DNA of 64,000 nt from Anthoceros angustus. Taxonomy: Eukaryota; Plantae; Anthocerotophyta. Below are positions 48,141-61,419 of this stretch, one piece after another. The notes below the pieces were generated by a model that saw only the letters and a program-made list of their open reading frames with translations, was not told where the DNA came from and ran no database searches. The DNA lies in assembly GCA_010909165.1 (NCBI GenBank), contig VJWM01000044.1, positions 2,046,001 to 2,110,000 of the forward strand, read 5' to 3'. The translations under genes and the position numbers were made by a program. Position 1 is the first letter of the stretch. Every line of letters starts with the position of its first letter.

Positions 48141-51100
48141 CAGGCGGTGCGCAATGACAACAGTTGTTCTGCCTTGCATCAATCTATCCAAGGCCTCTTC
48201 TCTGATCCGCAGACATGTAGAAGTGCAGTACATGGTAAGTTTGGCGTGGCCGCTGATGCTAGTGCTTGGAACATCGGGAATTCACATTGTGTTTCATCAA
48301 ATTCCACTGGCGACAGGAGACAAAGCAAGCACGTAGGTAACAACAAATGTTGGTAGATGCAAACACAGCAATCTTGCGGCTATGCTCTGAATTCGAACAG
48401 AACATTGATCAGTCGGACATGGATGTTGATCAGGATGCTAAAATCTCACTTCTGAAATTCTCTCTTGTGGCTCCTGCACAGCCTATTACGTAATTGAAGA
48501 CTTGGTGGATTCGCAATTACAGCCATGATATCCTACATGCAGGCAAGTAAAGCAATGCATCACATCAGATATTCCAGATACCAGAGCTCAAACGCCAACT
48601 GCATGCAGTCACAGGCGCTAGCCTCTGCTTCTCCTTATCCGCTGCTAGATGCTTCCAAGGCCTTGGCGTCCTCGTCCCCGTCCACATCCAGGCCACTGCT
48701 GACCTATAAATTCTAGGTGGATTTCTAATCAACAGGCACGATGCTGTCAGTCGAATGTGCTGTAGCCACACACCAGCTAGTCTACCGGTCGACGAATGAA
48801 TTCGAAGGTAGGAGATGGATTGAAATGCCGGTACGGACCAACCTGAGCACACACAAGAAGCCATAGCCGGTCAGAAGCTACTGGGAACGGAGTCACGCGT
48901 GCTGTTGGAGCCCCTTGGCAGAAGCAGGATGGGCCTCCAAGTCGCAGCTTCATGGGGGAAGGAAGGGCGCCGGGTACGGTAGTACCAGCTTTTTATTATG
49001 CTGGTATATCGCTCTGTTCCTATGGCTGCACCCGATATAGGCGGTGGGTGGTCGTGACCGGCCGATCCCGTCGGCCACTTGCCACGATCCTCATTTTATT
49101 ACTCATTTCCAACAATGATTGTGCGACACATTGTAGGTGAGTGACCGGGTACTCCAATACAAAGGATTCTAGTACAGTTCTGAGTCGCCTGTCCCACAAA
49201 GAGACGATGGCCGGCTGGTTTGAGGCTCCAGACCCATGTTCCTACTTGGGAAGGAGGCGTGGGTCCAAATCCTATCCTAGCGATAAAGCAGTTTGATAAA
49301 TACCGTTGCTGAGGGCTGCTTTTGAAAAATAATTAGGAACGGTTGAGGCTCTCATCCCGCCTGTGTTGTATACAGAGGGATGTAGCAAGACAACTATGTC
49401 CAAGGAAATCACACACCCCGAGAATGTTCCACCAACCGATTTCTGTTCCCTGGGCGTGCGCCTCATCAGTGGCACAAGGGGACGTCAGTGGGTCCAAGTG
49501 TGTATCGTCAGAAAGCACCCCTCCGCAACTTGGCTGTCTGCAGATTACCACGAAGGGGGCAGGTGCTTGCAACGAGGTTAAGCTTGTAACGAGGTCCAAA
49601 TGGCCTAGGCCAAAATGAACACACATTTATAAGAACGCCGTGATTAAGCTCAGGATCGCCGTGATTAAGCATCCTGAGCTTGGATCGGTACTTAGATGGG
49701 GTGCCTAAAGGGAATGGATGCCCTTGGTGCAAGTAGCTTAGGCAACCATGGTACAAGTTGTTAAGTACCAAGTCCCATGACGGAAATCCGTCCTTAGTGG
49801 ACTTCAATAAAATTCTTCTTCTTCTTGTAAAAAGGTGAACATGTACACTCGGGACTGCGAAGCCCAGCAAAAAGACAATCCGCAACCCAGCTGCCGACCA
49901 TTTGTAGTGTAGGGCCCTAGCTTTCCATGAAAATGCCCTGGGGCCGGAGTGGCATGGGTAATGTGCCCGTGTTCCAGGACTACCAGCTCTGGAGCTTCGA
50001 GCCTGAGGTGATGATCCATCGCGATCGATTGGAGTGCTGGTGCCTGTGGTTGCCCATGGCTAGTGCTGGAGCTAGCGGGCTCGCACGGGTGCAGTCCATG
50101 AGATTCCATGAGGCTAGGAGTACCAGTATGGGTGGGACACGAAGGCCTGCAGGACCAGCTCCTACGTCGAGCTACGGATGAAGGCTCAGTGTTAGATCAA
50201 ACAGCAGCCTGTCGACTCCGGCAACAAGTCTGTAGGGACGCGTTGGAGGCCTTGACGAAGATCTTCTCCGTGCCACTGCCCAACGAAAAGCACTGGGTGA
50301 AGTTTTCATCGGTTAAAGACGATTCCACAAGGAGCAACAGCGCCAGCAGCAGGACTGCCCATACGGTCTCCGACCAGATCCACATCGATCATTGCTGCTA
50401 ATGTCTTGGACCCCCATTAGGTGAGGCAGACTGGAACCAGGTCTGGATCTCAACACCTCGCAATTCCCTGGCCATGCAGGCAGCAGCAGTTCTCATGGCG
50501 AATAAACTGACACAGCCCAGCGAACGGACACGAGACCCGAACCCCCAAAGCGGCAGCTGCACGGCGAAATCAAAGAGCTCTAAGTATCTGCTGGGATTAA
50601 GTATGAATTGAAAACGGCCATCTCACCGTGCTCAGAACATGGTGTCGTGACAATTCTTCCAGAGCAATCAAGCTATGGGCTTAGGAAATGTAAGACCGAG
50701 GTGCAATAATCCGGACAGCACGATGATCGGGAACCCTTTACAGCAGGCCTGCGCGCAAACCATTCAAAGTGAATCACCCAGTCTACAGGCGATGAGGACT
50801 CACTCTTACTAGCATAGCTGCCCTTCTCTCTGGTATCACAACTCGAAAGGTTGGAGCTATTTGAAGGACAGAGTTGATATCCACTTAAGTATACACGAGT
50901 GGATGATGGATGGATGGATGTCCTTCACACGCACACGTATTCGAAAACTGCATCCAACGACAGAGGCCACAACAGATGCTGTAAGGGACTAGCTCCGAGT
51001 AGCAGGCCTTCACAAATCACTGGTGGTCCACCCAGACGAGTAGGAGCTGAATGATGCGTCCCGCTTAGCAATTGTGAGGATCACAATGAGGAGATCAGAC

Positions 51101-52094
51101 TATGTTTGCTTTTGTCAGCATGTCGTGAAAGTTTGTAAGTTTTAACAGTATGTTTCTACGATTGTATTACAGGAGTCCGACTATCGGCATGATTACAGGC
51201 AAGGTTAAGGAGCTGCCTCCGACAGAATTTTCCAGCTCTGGTTAACAGTCATGAAGCATAGGTGAAGGCACTGTTCAAGGTCATGTGCTGTTCAAGGTCA
51301 TTTAACTGTTGGAAATGATTCTTGATTCTTTGTTAGATGGTGGACCATGACGTGCACAAGCTCAGGTCAACAAACAGGTAGACCCAGGGTCAGGGAGACC
51401 CTGGGTCTCAAGGTACATGACCTGGATTCTGGTCATCGTTGGCGATTCAAAGTCTTCTTCAACCTCGTTTCGGAGTCGTGCAACCACCCTTTTAATCGTG
51501 TCGAGGCCCTGAGCCAGCACATATGAGCCTTTGGATGCTGCTCCAAGCTGTTGAGGACATTTTGTCAGAGTGAGTAAACAGACAACCAAATCTACAAGAA
51601 GAAGTGTCTCCTTCCTGAACCTTGGACGCTTTCATTTTGCGGTTATGGAAGCATCTCTGTAGACAGGCCTTGGTGGGAGAAACGGAGTCAGGCCAACCCT
51701 CCCCATCCATCATTGTTCTCAACACTCCTGCTTCGACGTAGCTGTGAAGGTCCTGGTGGACGGATCAGAGCATGAAGCTGCGCTTGTGACGGCTGTGCCA
51801 ATAGTCAGGCGAGGAAGCCTCGTCGTCTACTGGGCGGAAAACAACTGCTGCTGGAGTCCTCAGACAAAAAAGGATGAACATCAAGCAGCACTGAACTAGA
51901 AAATGAGATCGTGGAGATGACATCAGGGTGTTCACCGTAAAGGAAATCAGGTGATGCACATGGCTGCGGTTCAGTAATCTAGACACACTGAGTGGCAAGA
52001 CAGCCGATCACTTCAAATGCAGCGGGTTGCATGGAGGTGAAAGCTCACAAAAGCCAGCCCAGGGTTTAGGGTTTAGCTCATTTTGAAGGATATC

Positions 52095-53662
52095 ATGGCA
52101 GCGGCGGGCCGATGGCTTGGAACAGTGGCATCTGCTCCAAGGATATCGTTGTTGGATGCAGTGGAGGATGAACATTCGGCAATCCGTCGTATGGTTTGCC
52201 TCTCGAAGCTCCTTTTCATATTCCCTGTGAGGATGCTTTTCTAACATGGTTCTGTTTTGCAGGGAGAGGCATTGATCGTCCATTCACATTGACCTGTAAC
52301 TGGAAGGCGACGAGGGTGGTAACAGGCATAAGATGTTCCACCGCGGGTCAAGAGATTGCGCCGGAGGTTGAGAAGAAAAGAGGGAGAGGACGGCCCAGGA
52401 GGGTTAAAGTTCCTGAGGAGCAAGAGAAGGACGTATCTCGTGAACTGGAGTCTGATCCTGCACAGGACGCGTCAACGTCCAGAGCAGAGGCTGCCCAGAA
52501 CCAGAAGGTAGAAGATGTTGCTGCTGCCTCTCCAGTGGCAGGGGGTGGTGCTGGAGGCCGGCCCACATCGAAGGAGCTCTTAACGGGAGTGGATGATGAA
52601 GAGGACGTGGGAACTGCTTCTATTGGTGAAGGGCAGACAAGGCAAGCACGTTACAACTCGTCTAACCGCTCTCAATATGAAGCACTGCACGCAAGGATTG
52701 AGAAGGAGTTGGAAAGGTTACGTGCTAGTGATCCCGACTATGACGAGGACGAAGACGAGGACTATCCTCTTATTGTGGACGAAGACGACCCTACATGGCC
52801 TCCTGAGGGGGAAAGTGGCTGGGGGTTCAGAGTGTCGGAGTTCTTTGATGAAAAAAAAGTGAAGGTGACTAGGGATAGGACAGAGGGAGAGGAAGACGAT
52901 AGTGACAGTGATGACGAGCTAGACCTGAATTGGGATGAAGACTATCAGAAAGGATTCGTCAGAGACATAACAGCTGCAGAATGGGGACCCACTGTGTTCG
53001 ATAACATGAGTCCTGTGGTGGTTTATGTGTATGAACGATATGGGACAGGGTACCGTCCGCCTGTCATCTGTCTTTGAAGCTGTTTCCAGGTATCGAACTC
53101 TTTTGGTGTGAGCCCTAACGTCCTGGCTTGTCCTGCTCTTCTTCAGAGGTCGTGTGGGATGGCAAATGTTGAAAGAGGTGGAGAAGATGGTGGATACCAT
53201 TTGGACACGAGTACCAGTTCGGGTACGTTGGGAACAAGGTTCCATTTTCCCGTGCAGGTCATCGGATCTGGTTCACCTGGATAATGAACCGTTTTGGGCA
53301 TTGCAGGCTGTCAAATTGGATGCTGGGACTGAGGTGGATCTGGTTGGGGCAATGAAGATAGAAAAGACCCCAGTTGTTTTACTGATCAAGTCTGGAAAGA
53401 TAGTTCACCACATCGAAGGTCCGCAACTTGTTGCCCAATACAAGTTTTTGCTGGTTGTTGCTTTCCATCATGCTTCCAGCGACCGACAAAGTTTGCACAG
53501 CATTTGGGATTGACAGCTCTTAATGACTGCCTTTCGTCTGGTGTGCCGTATTCAGGTTTCATGGCTTCAGACCAGCTCTGTCAGATTGCCGCACACTATT
53601 TCTACGGAGCAAAGCGGCCAAGTTGGTTGGAAATACCAACAACAAGTGTACAAATGTCGTGA
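52095..53662 (+). CDS. MRL7: MRL7/RCB/NCP-family thioredoxin-like-fold plastid protein, 5 exons, ~391 aa
   Basis: Exons 52095-52188, 52263-53049, 53147-53222, 53307-53418 and 53556-53662, all GT-AG and phase-consistent (1176 nt). Motifs EDDPTWPPEGESGWGFRVSEFFD, RDITAAEWGPTVFDNMSPVVVYVYERY, AVKLDAGTEVDLVGAMKI and AHYFYGAKRP resemble Arabidopsis RCB/NCP as I recall them (DPTWPEDADGWGF, TAEWEEAVFKDISPL, FFYYGAAKP). No CxxC. The N-terminus is transit-peptide-like. Confidence 0.85.
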
Positions 53663-53795
53663 TGTATAAGCAAAGGTCTTTGGTTTCGAGTGAGCAAAGC
53701 TTCCAGTGTACTGAAGGGGTTGGTCCATGTTTGCTTTTGTCAGCATGTCGTCAATTTTGTATGTTTTAACAGTACAGGTTCTACATAAGTTGTAA

Positions 53796-55465
53796 CTACA
53801 TACGGTGTCCTACTGTCGGCAGGGTTACACGCAAGGCTATGGAGCTACTTTTGACAGAATTTTCTGAACCATGAGGGTCCGAGCTTTGTTAACAGTCATG
53901 AAGCATAGGTAAATGTGCTGTTCAAGATCATCCAGCTGCTGGGAGCAGACTGCCTGATTCTTTGTTAGATGGTCGACCATGACCTGCAAGCGAGCACAAG
54001 CGTAGGTCAATAAACAGGTAGGTACCGGATACAGATGATAACATATCTGGGTCTCAAGGTTGAAGAGGCTCGTACATAAACGGGATTCTGGTCATCACGT
54101 GGTCGATTCAAAACCTTATCCTGCCTTTGGTATGTTCGACCTCGTTTCGGTTTCTGCAACTAGCCTTTGATGGTGTCAAGGTCTTGAGTCACTACGTATG
54201 TTCCTTTGGATGTTGCATCAAGCTGTTGTGGACGTTTTGTCAGAGTGAGTAAACACGCAAACAGGTCCACACGAAGAAGTGCCTCTATTCTTATCACCGA
54301 TCAAGCCACACCTGAACCTTGAACGCTTTCATGTTGCTGTTATAGAAGCATCTCCGTGGACAGCCCTAGACGGGCGACCCAACGGACTCAGTCCGATTCT
54401 TTTCATCCTTGGTTGTCCTTAACACCCCTACTGCTTCACAGGTAGTAACCAGCACAACAGAACAGATGTTTACCGTTCCTTTGCAAATCCGCATCCGCGT
54501 ATCCAGTTTCCTCTTCTTCCTGTCCAGACGGCATTGCACGTCAGCGACCCCTCCTAACACTGGTTGGAACTGTTCCAAGTCGGAGAACGGGTTCTCTGCT
54601 TCGACGTAGCTGTGAAGCTCCTGGTGGACGGATCTGAGCATGTCGTTGCGTTTGTGATGGCTGTGGGAGTAGACAGCGGAGGAAAGCTCGTCATCTATAT
54701 CAATCGGGTGACAACCATCAGCAGCTTTGGATAAACTACTGCTGCGGGAAGCGCCGCTGCTGCTGGAGTCCTCGGATAAGAGGATGGAGTCGTCGGCGTC
54801 GGAATTGCTGGTGTCAGCTGCCTGCGAGGTGTCAACGGGATCTAAGGTGCTCTCCGAGTGTATGATGCTCATGGCACTTTCCACTGTCCTGTTGTTTTCT
54901 CGGACTTGCGCGACACTTTTGAGAAGCTCGCCACACAGATCTGATGCTTTCAAGCTGTTGTCAAAGTAGTCCAGAACCAGCTTGAAGAAGGAGGCCGAGG
55001 TGGCCCACAGGTTGTCCATGTCTCTCAGCACCGCATCCACTTCTGCCTGTGAGAATTCCAACTGGAGATCCGTCACAAAAACTCACTCCTGACACAGATC
55101 TAGATCTGGAACAGATACCACTCTACCTTACCTGATCAGGGTCCAAGAGGTTAGCAGCAATGATATCGATCTTGTCGGAGTCCGGAGTCCGGAGTCCTGC
55201 TGCTGGCGCTGTCGCTCCTTGTGGAATCGTCTTTAAGCCACAGAAACTTGACCAAGTGCTTTTTGTTGGGCACGGAGACGGTCTTGCTCAAGGCCTCCAA
55301 CGCGTCTCCTACAGACTTGCTGCCAGAGACGAGAGGCTGTTGTTTCATCTGACAATTAGCCTTCATCCACAGCTCGACGTAGGAGCTGGTCCTGCAGGCC
55401 TTCCTGTACTCCTCATGCAAGTTCATGGACTGAAACCCAGGCCCTAGCTCTCTAGCAGCAGCCAT
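53796..55465 (-). CDS. UPF0496/DUF677 family protein (paralog B), second copy
   Basis: Exon 1 is 55465-55132. Exon 2 starts at 55046 and is open ([14 protein letters not shown]...[20 protein letters not shown]...ENPF...). The 3' exons carry a few frameshifts at positions where the 20829-22478 copy is open. Confidence 0.78.
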
Positions 55466-56620
55466 GGGCAATCAGAGGCACCAGCACTCTAAACGAGGGA
55501 TCATGACCTCAGTTCCAGAGCTGGTAGTCTTGGAACACGGGCACAAGAGCCATGCCACTTCCGCCCCAGAGCATTTTCATTAGGCTAGGACCCTACACTA
55601 CAAATGGTCGGCAGTTGGGTTGCGGGTTGGTTGTCTGTTGTTGTGCTTTGCACTCCCGAGTGTACATGTTCTTACCCTTCCAAGCTTTCCTCTTTCCAAG
55701 CACCTTCCCCTTCGTGCGGGTGGAGCCCGAAAGAAAGCAGCTCCCTCAGCTCCCTTTCGTAAGCCATGGCCCTACAATAATCTACAGGCAGCCAAGTTGC
55801 GTAGGGATGCTTTCTGAATCTAGATGCCCAGTGCAAGGGCCCACTGGCGTCTCCTGAGCACCAGTGAGATGGGGCGCTGACCGCACGGCCATGGAGCAGA
55901 AATCGATTGGTGAAACATCTTGGGGTTGTGCCATTTCCTTGGACATTGCTGTCTATGCCATCATTTAGCAGAGGCGGGATGAGACTCCATAACCTGAGCG
56001 CGTGTAAGACGGGAGGAGGAGGGGTGTGTGGAAACATCTTCCGTCTTAGGCAGCCAAGTGCAGATATGCGGTACTCCGGCAAGAAGCGTGATAAGCGGGG
56101 AATGTCATCAGGATAGGGAAGTATGTGGCGGAGGTATGCCTCCGCCAGCTTGGATGGATAGCCAAGGATAGCTGAGCGATGTACAAGAGGAAGCTGACTC
56201 AAAGCCAAAGCACGTTGCTCATCCATCACACCCTTGCCACACTTGTTGTTCGTTTCCCGACCAGCTTGGCCGCTTTGCTCCCTAGAAATAGAAATAGTGA
56301 GCGGCAATGTGACAGCTGATCCGAAGCCATGAAACCTGATATTACAGCACACCCGACGAATGGCAGTCAACAACAGCTTATATTGGGCAACAAGTTGCTG
56401 ACCTTCAAAAGAGGAGATGGCGCGCCATCCGGGCAAAGAAGACCCTTGCCCCACAAGTCAAATAGAAGCCTGGGCCATGGGAGGCCAGCAGCCAAAACGG
56501 CAGAGAGGCCAACAGAAGAGAACTGGTTACCATCAGAGAACCGGTCACATCGAAGAGAACCGGCCCTCCCAGCACGATAAAGATCAAATGGGTCAATGAC
56601 CATAAATGTGCTTTGGGAAA

Positions 56621-57731
56621 TGTAGGATAGGTGGTGTAGGCTGAACTCATTTAAAGATTGACATTCGTCAAACTAATAGAATAAAATTTTACTTAGGAGA
56701 AGATAAAGAAGACTTGGGATGAATTTTACTTAAGAGAAGACAAGAAGACTTGGATGCTAAGACTTTAATACTGGCGGTAGAAAATCATAGAATATTGGGA
56801 AAGGTGACTGCAATGGCACACCCAGGGAAGTCGCATGTTAGGATCCCCATAAGAAGAAGAAGATTTCACAGTAAAATATCACGTCTTGCACTTCCAAACT
56901 CGCGAGTCCTTTGCTCCTGGTGAAAGAATTTCATGCCAGCTGCAAGCTAACACAGTGTCTGGAAGAAAGGAAGTTCACGGTGGTAGGAGTGCTTGGTAGA
57001 GGGCTCGCTCCCTGCGGGCGCCTCGACGAGTTGCTCCCTTTGTGAATGGTTGCTGTGAAATTGCTTTGCTTGAGGTGTGTGGCTATACCCAAGGAACTCT
57101 TAGCTTGAGGGTAGACTATAGGGAAAGACTCCCAGGAGGTTCTCGCTGTCCGATGTCAAACTCACAGCAACCGGCCCAAGGAAGAACTTGCTGGCTTGTA
57201 GGCGGACCCGAGGCGGTTGTGCCATAAGGGCGGTGAGGCGATGAGCTTGAAGTGAAGTTAGAGTAGGCGGCGGAGGAGGAGGTCGAGTTGAGCGTTGAAG
57301 AGGATGATAAGTAGAGGATTAGAGTGTAGGTAATAGTGGAATGCCACAAGCGAGCCTAAGGGACGAATCCCAAATCAGAAGGCGCTCCCATCGTTGGAGG
57401 AGCTAGTCTTCTGATTGGGGACAAAATCGCGGGCGTGGGTCAGGGGTCCCTAGGCGCCGTGGTGGACTCCTTTCCGTGAGGCACGGCCTACAATTGTGTT
57501 GTCGTTGTAGGTCGGGAGATAGTGAATTTTGGAGGCGGTGCAAGTGGTGCACTGTGAGGAGAGTTAGAGGCGCCTTGCTTGTTGAGGGTTGTGAGTGGGT
57601 GTAGGCAGCGATTGATCTCTCGTAACCCGGCTGTCCACAAGTCTCATGGGACGAAACCCAATGTGCTAGCGATAGTGGGATAAGTGTGGCCACTAGAGGG
57701 TGAATCTCGGTAGCCGGATTTTCCTCCCACA
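56621..57731 (+). mobile_element. 5' LTR of the Athila-like element (copy 3)
   Basis: TGTAGGA...CTCCCACA followed by a degraded PBS. Confidence 0.65.
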
Positions 57732-60700
57732 TTTTTGGCCGCGGATTTGTTGCTTGACGTTGCGGTTTGCAGGAACTTGTTGCTGAGCAGTCGCGTTCGA
57801 GGAGGATTTTGTCTGAATGTCGTGTTTTGAGAGGAACCTATTGCTGCCATAATCGTGATTTTCTTGTCCAGGGTGCCATGTGTGCTTGGGGAATCTTGTG
57901 TGCAGGGGAGGAGTGTGTGGTTGTGGTTGTGGTAGGCTAGTGTCACACGCGCATTGCAAGGAAGGTGCTCGACACTTTCTAAACGCCGTGGTTGGGTGGT
58001 TTCCATAACAAGAGCGAGACATCTGACAAAATCCCTCGATTTCGACAATCATGGGTTGAAGGATATGGGAGTGCGTGCAGATGTCTAGCAGGGGGAGGGG
58101 GCGAAGGGACAGCCATGGGAGATCGCCTCCGCTTGTGACTGCAAGAGATTTGAGGGCTGCGAGGAGAAATCAGTTGAGGGAGGAAAATGCCGTTGCGGCC
58201 ACACGACGGATTGAAGAGGAAGAAGAGATACGGGCACTTGAGGAAGAGGCCGCTTTTGCTCTTGCCTACAAGGGCAGGCCGAGCGATCAAGATAAGATTG
58301 CTGCCAGTGAGGACGACGTAGAAGGCACAGACAGTGAAAGGAAGGAGGTCGTCGACGAAGAGTTGGTGCGACGGGAAGAAAGCGAAGAGGAGGAATCTGA
58401 TCACAGACGTAGTTTGAGTCTACAACCTCGACCTTCTCAACGTTGGAATTTTCAGAGTGGTGGATCAAGCTCGACTTCAAGCGAGACACGCCACCTGCAT
58501 GCTTGACGTGTCACTGTCAACAATGTGTCAGAGTCAACGTCTTGTAGATGCATAAATAGGCATGCCGCAACATGCGGCGTTGAGTGGCGGCATGCCGCAA
58601 CACGCGGCGTTGAGTGGCGGCATGCCACAACACGCGGCGTTGGTGGCGGCATGCCGCAACACGCGGCGTTGAGTGGCGGCATGCCGCAACACGCGGCGTT
58701 GAGTGGCGGCATGCCGCAACACGCGGATGTGTTACATTTGTTATGCACTTTGTAAACTCACGCCCCTCTCCTCCTCCGAATTCGGCAGCCAAAGGTCACG
58801 CAAGGCGCCACCCTAGTGTAAGTACGTCCCGTTCCAATAATTCTATGGCTGTCATTTCGAACAACGTGTCTGGAGGGTTGGGCTGCCGGCTGGGGAAACT
58901 ATTGCATGGTTGGGTTGACGGAAGAAAAGGTAAGGGGTTCGTCTGGTAAAAGACTCTCGTTCTTTGAGTCTTTAGCCAGAACTTTGCCATCCCTGCGTAA
59001 AACATGCAATCTTGTGTGCACAGGAAGGAGGGGTAAGTAGCAGAGAATTTCACGCATGGTCTGAGGATCTTACATTGCATCTCGATCGAATCATTGCTCA
59101 ACTCTCGAATTTGGGAAACACCTCTAGGGGAGCCACCACATCACAACAATGCTCGAGTCTTTGTGCAAGACATCCTGCATGCAGGGAACGTTGGTTAATC
59201 GGTTTAGCAGGAGAAGGGAGCGCGAGTGCGTCGAGGACACCTAGACCGACAAGATCGGTGGAGCCACAGGAGCTGGAGGTTGTCCCAACCACAGCCAGAT
59301 GTCAAGTTTGGGAAATGAAGAAGCGACGATGCGAAAGCCTTTATGCACTTTGGAACATGTGTCTCATGCCAATCTGGAGGATCTGATGGTACTGTGCATT
59401 TTCCACAGGTTATTGAGGGACATGGAGTGTGGTATAGTCGAACTTATGGTGCCGGTCGCGCCAGACTAGAAGGACTTGAAGGCACCTTCTCAACCGTTTC
59501 GTGGGCTCGATTATGCTCACCACACCTTGGCCGAGAACTCTCCGTGAAAGAAAAGAGAGTCCCTATTTGACTATGTTGAACGATTCTACGGATACTTGGA
59601 TCGAGTCCCGAAGTGTGCACCCGTGACCCCAGGAAACCCTCCCACATCATGATATTCGCAAGAGCAAGCACTGGATTGGTTTGTAAGCGGATTATCGAGA
59701 AAAATGGAGGTACATTGCCGGCGAGGAACTAAGATGTTGGCCGGAACAATAATTCGTTTAGCAAAGGAGTGGGAATCGGCCGAGTTGGGTAGAAGGAGGA
59801 AGAAGAGAAGAAGCTATAAGAAGAGGAAGGGATTCAGGAGATCCAGTTCTTCTTCTTCCTCTTCCTCGCCTCCCCCATCTTCATCGTCATCCTCTGAGAG
59901 CGAAGAGAGTAGTACCCAGGAAAGCTCGACGTTAGATGAAGAATCCAGAAAGCCTATGAACGACGAGAAAAGACTTGGAGAAGGTCAAGAAAGCAGCGGA
60001 GGAAGTTGGTACCGGAGAAGGAGAGGAAGGAAAGGCAGTTCGATGAATGGAGAAGGGGGAAACGTCCACTGCAGGAGGGGAATTGCGGACCAAGTGGAAG
60101 CTCTGACCAAGCGATTGACAGAATTGGAGGTCAAGGCAGTAAAGAATCAGACCACGCGGAGGTCACCTTCACCTGCAAGGCAGTTGGTGTATTGCTCAAT
60201 CTGTCATCAATCCGGACACACCAACAAGGGAGTGTATTCGAGCACCATGCCATGCTGTGAATTACCATGTGGAGAGTATCATGCTTGGCGATTACTGGTA
60301 CGTAGATGAGGCTTATCAAGTGTAGGCAGTCATTGGGAGTCGGCCGCCTCGATCGATGAGGTGACTTACGCCATCACAAATCGTGGAGGTATGGGTCGCG
60401 ACCTACCTCACTGGGACCATGGAGGCGAACCTTCTCGAGGCCGATGACGATTCCACCAAGTCTGCTACAATTGGGGCCTTTGGTCACTATTCGAACAATT
60501 GCCCAAAACCACGAGATAGATGGGGTATGTGCCTTTTGTCAAGTGTGCAAGGAGCTAGGCCACAAGGTTGGTACTGAGGTGTTCAAGAGTGACCGGGTTA
60601 GTGCCAACCCGTCCGGAGTGCGATTCACGGAGCCTCTGATGGGGGCCTTCCCAATCCGAAACCGCCATCACCGTAACGACACCGGTTTTAAAGATGGAAG

Positions 60701-61419
60701 CAGAGTTCAATTTCCTTGATGAATCCAAAGGTGTATTCCGGGATTGTGGAGGAAGGATATGAGGAGAAATGAGTGCGGATCCGGACGAGGGCTATTGGTG
60801 GCCAAAGTGACCACAAGATCCAAACGGCAAGAGAGAGACTGATCGCCGAGGCGGGAGGAACGCAAGCGGAGGAAGGTGAAGGACGACTCACCGTGGCCTC
60901 CGGAGACTCGTGGGAGTCGGGGGTTGGAAGAAGGAGAAAGGGATGAAGGTGACCAGGAGCAACCTATGGCGGTAGGTAGTCTCGTAGTGGCATTACGTTT
61001 AAGTCACGCAGTAGGGCCAGCAAAAGTATCCTTTGTGTCATGGAGCAAGGCACCCTACGAGGGGATTGGAGCTTCCATCGATGGGGTACACCTCGGGGTA
61101 CATGGGTGAGCTCCTCGGGTAGTGATCGTGCCTATAGAGGACCCCCAGTTGAGGAGATGGAAATAAAACCCGAGTTGTTGTATAGGTACCTATCTGCAAG
61201 TAGAAGTTGTTGTAGAGGAGGATTCGAATCGACTTCAAGGAGGTCAACACTCCCGTGAGGATCAAGCAATACCAACTGAATCCCAAGTATTCTATGGTCA
61301 TCAAAGATCAGTTGGATCAATACTTGGAAGCCGGAGTGATCTATCCTGTGTTTACCAGCGAGTGGGTCGCCCTGATTGTGATTGTGCCCAAGAGACAACA
61401 GGGGAAGGTACGGGTGTGC
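57732..61419 (+). mobile_element. Truncated Athila-like internal region (copy 3): gag, zinc knuckle, start of RT
   Basis: FVSGLSRKMEVHCRRG, a Ser/Glu-rich linker, YCSICHQSGHTNK(E)C, FCQVCKELGH, and PVRIKQYQLNPKY...EWVALIVIVPKRQQGKVRVC*. Confidence 0.82.
58561..58726. repeat. 30-bp minisatellite, ~5.6 copies
   Basis: CATGCCGCAACACGCGGCGTTGAGTGGCGG units read directly. Confidence 0.95.

Noticed and set aside
45921-48233. Novel fusion genes (DUF677 with an ABCB tail or a new C-terminus)
   Set aside because: They arise only from the microhomology mosaic joins, which are unverified and probably assembly chimeras.
55672-56454. 260-aa minus-strand ORF as an unknown gene
   Set aside because: It reads through the MRL7 intron/3'-UTR fragment and DUF677-B upstream DNA, and is not open in the other copies.
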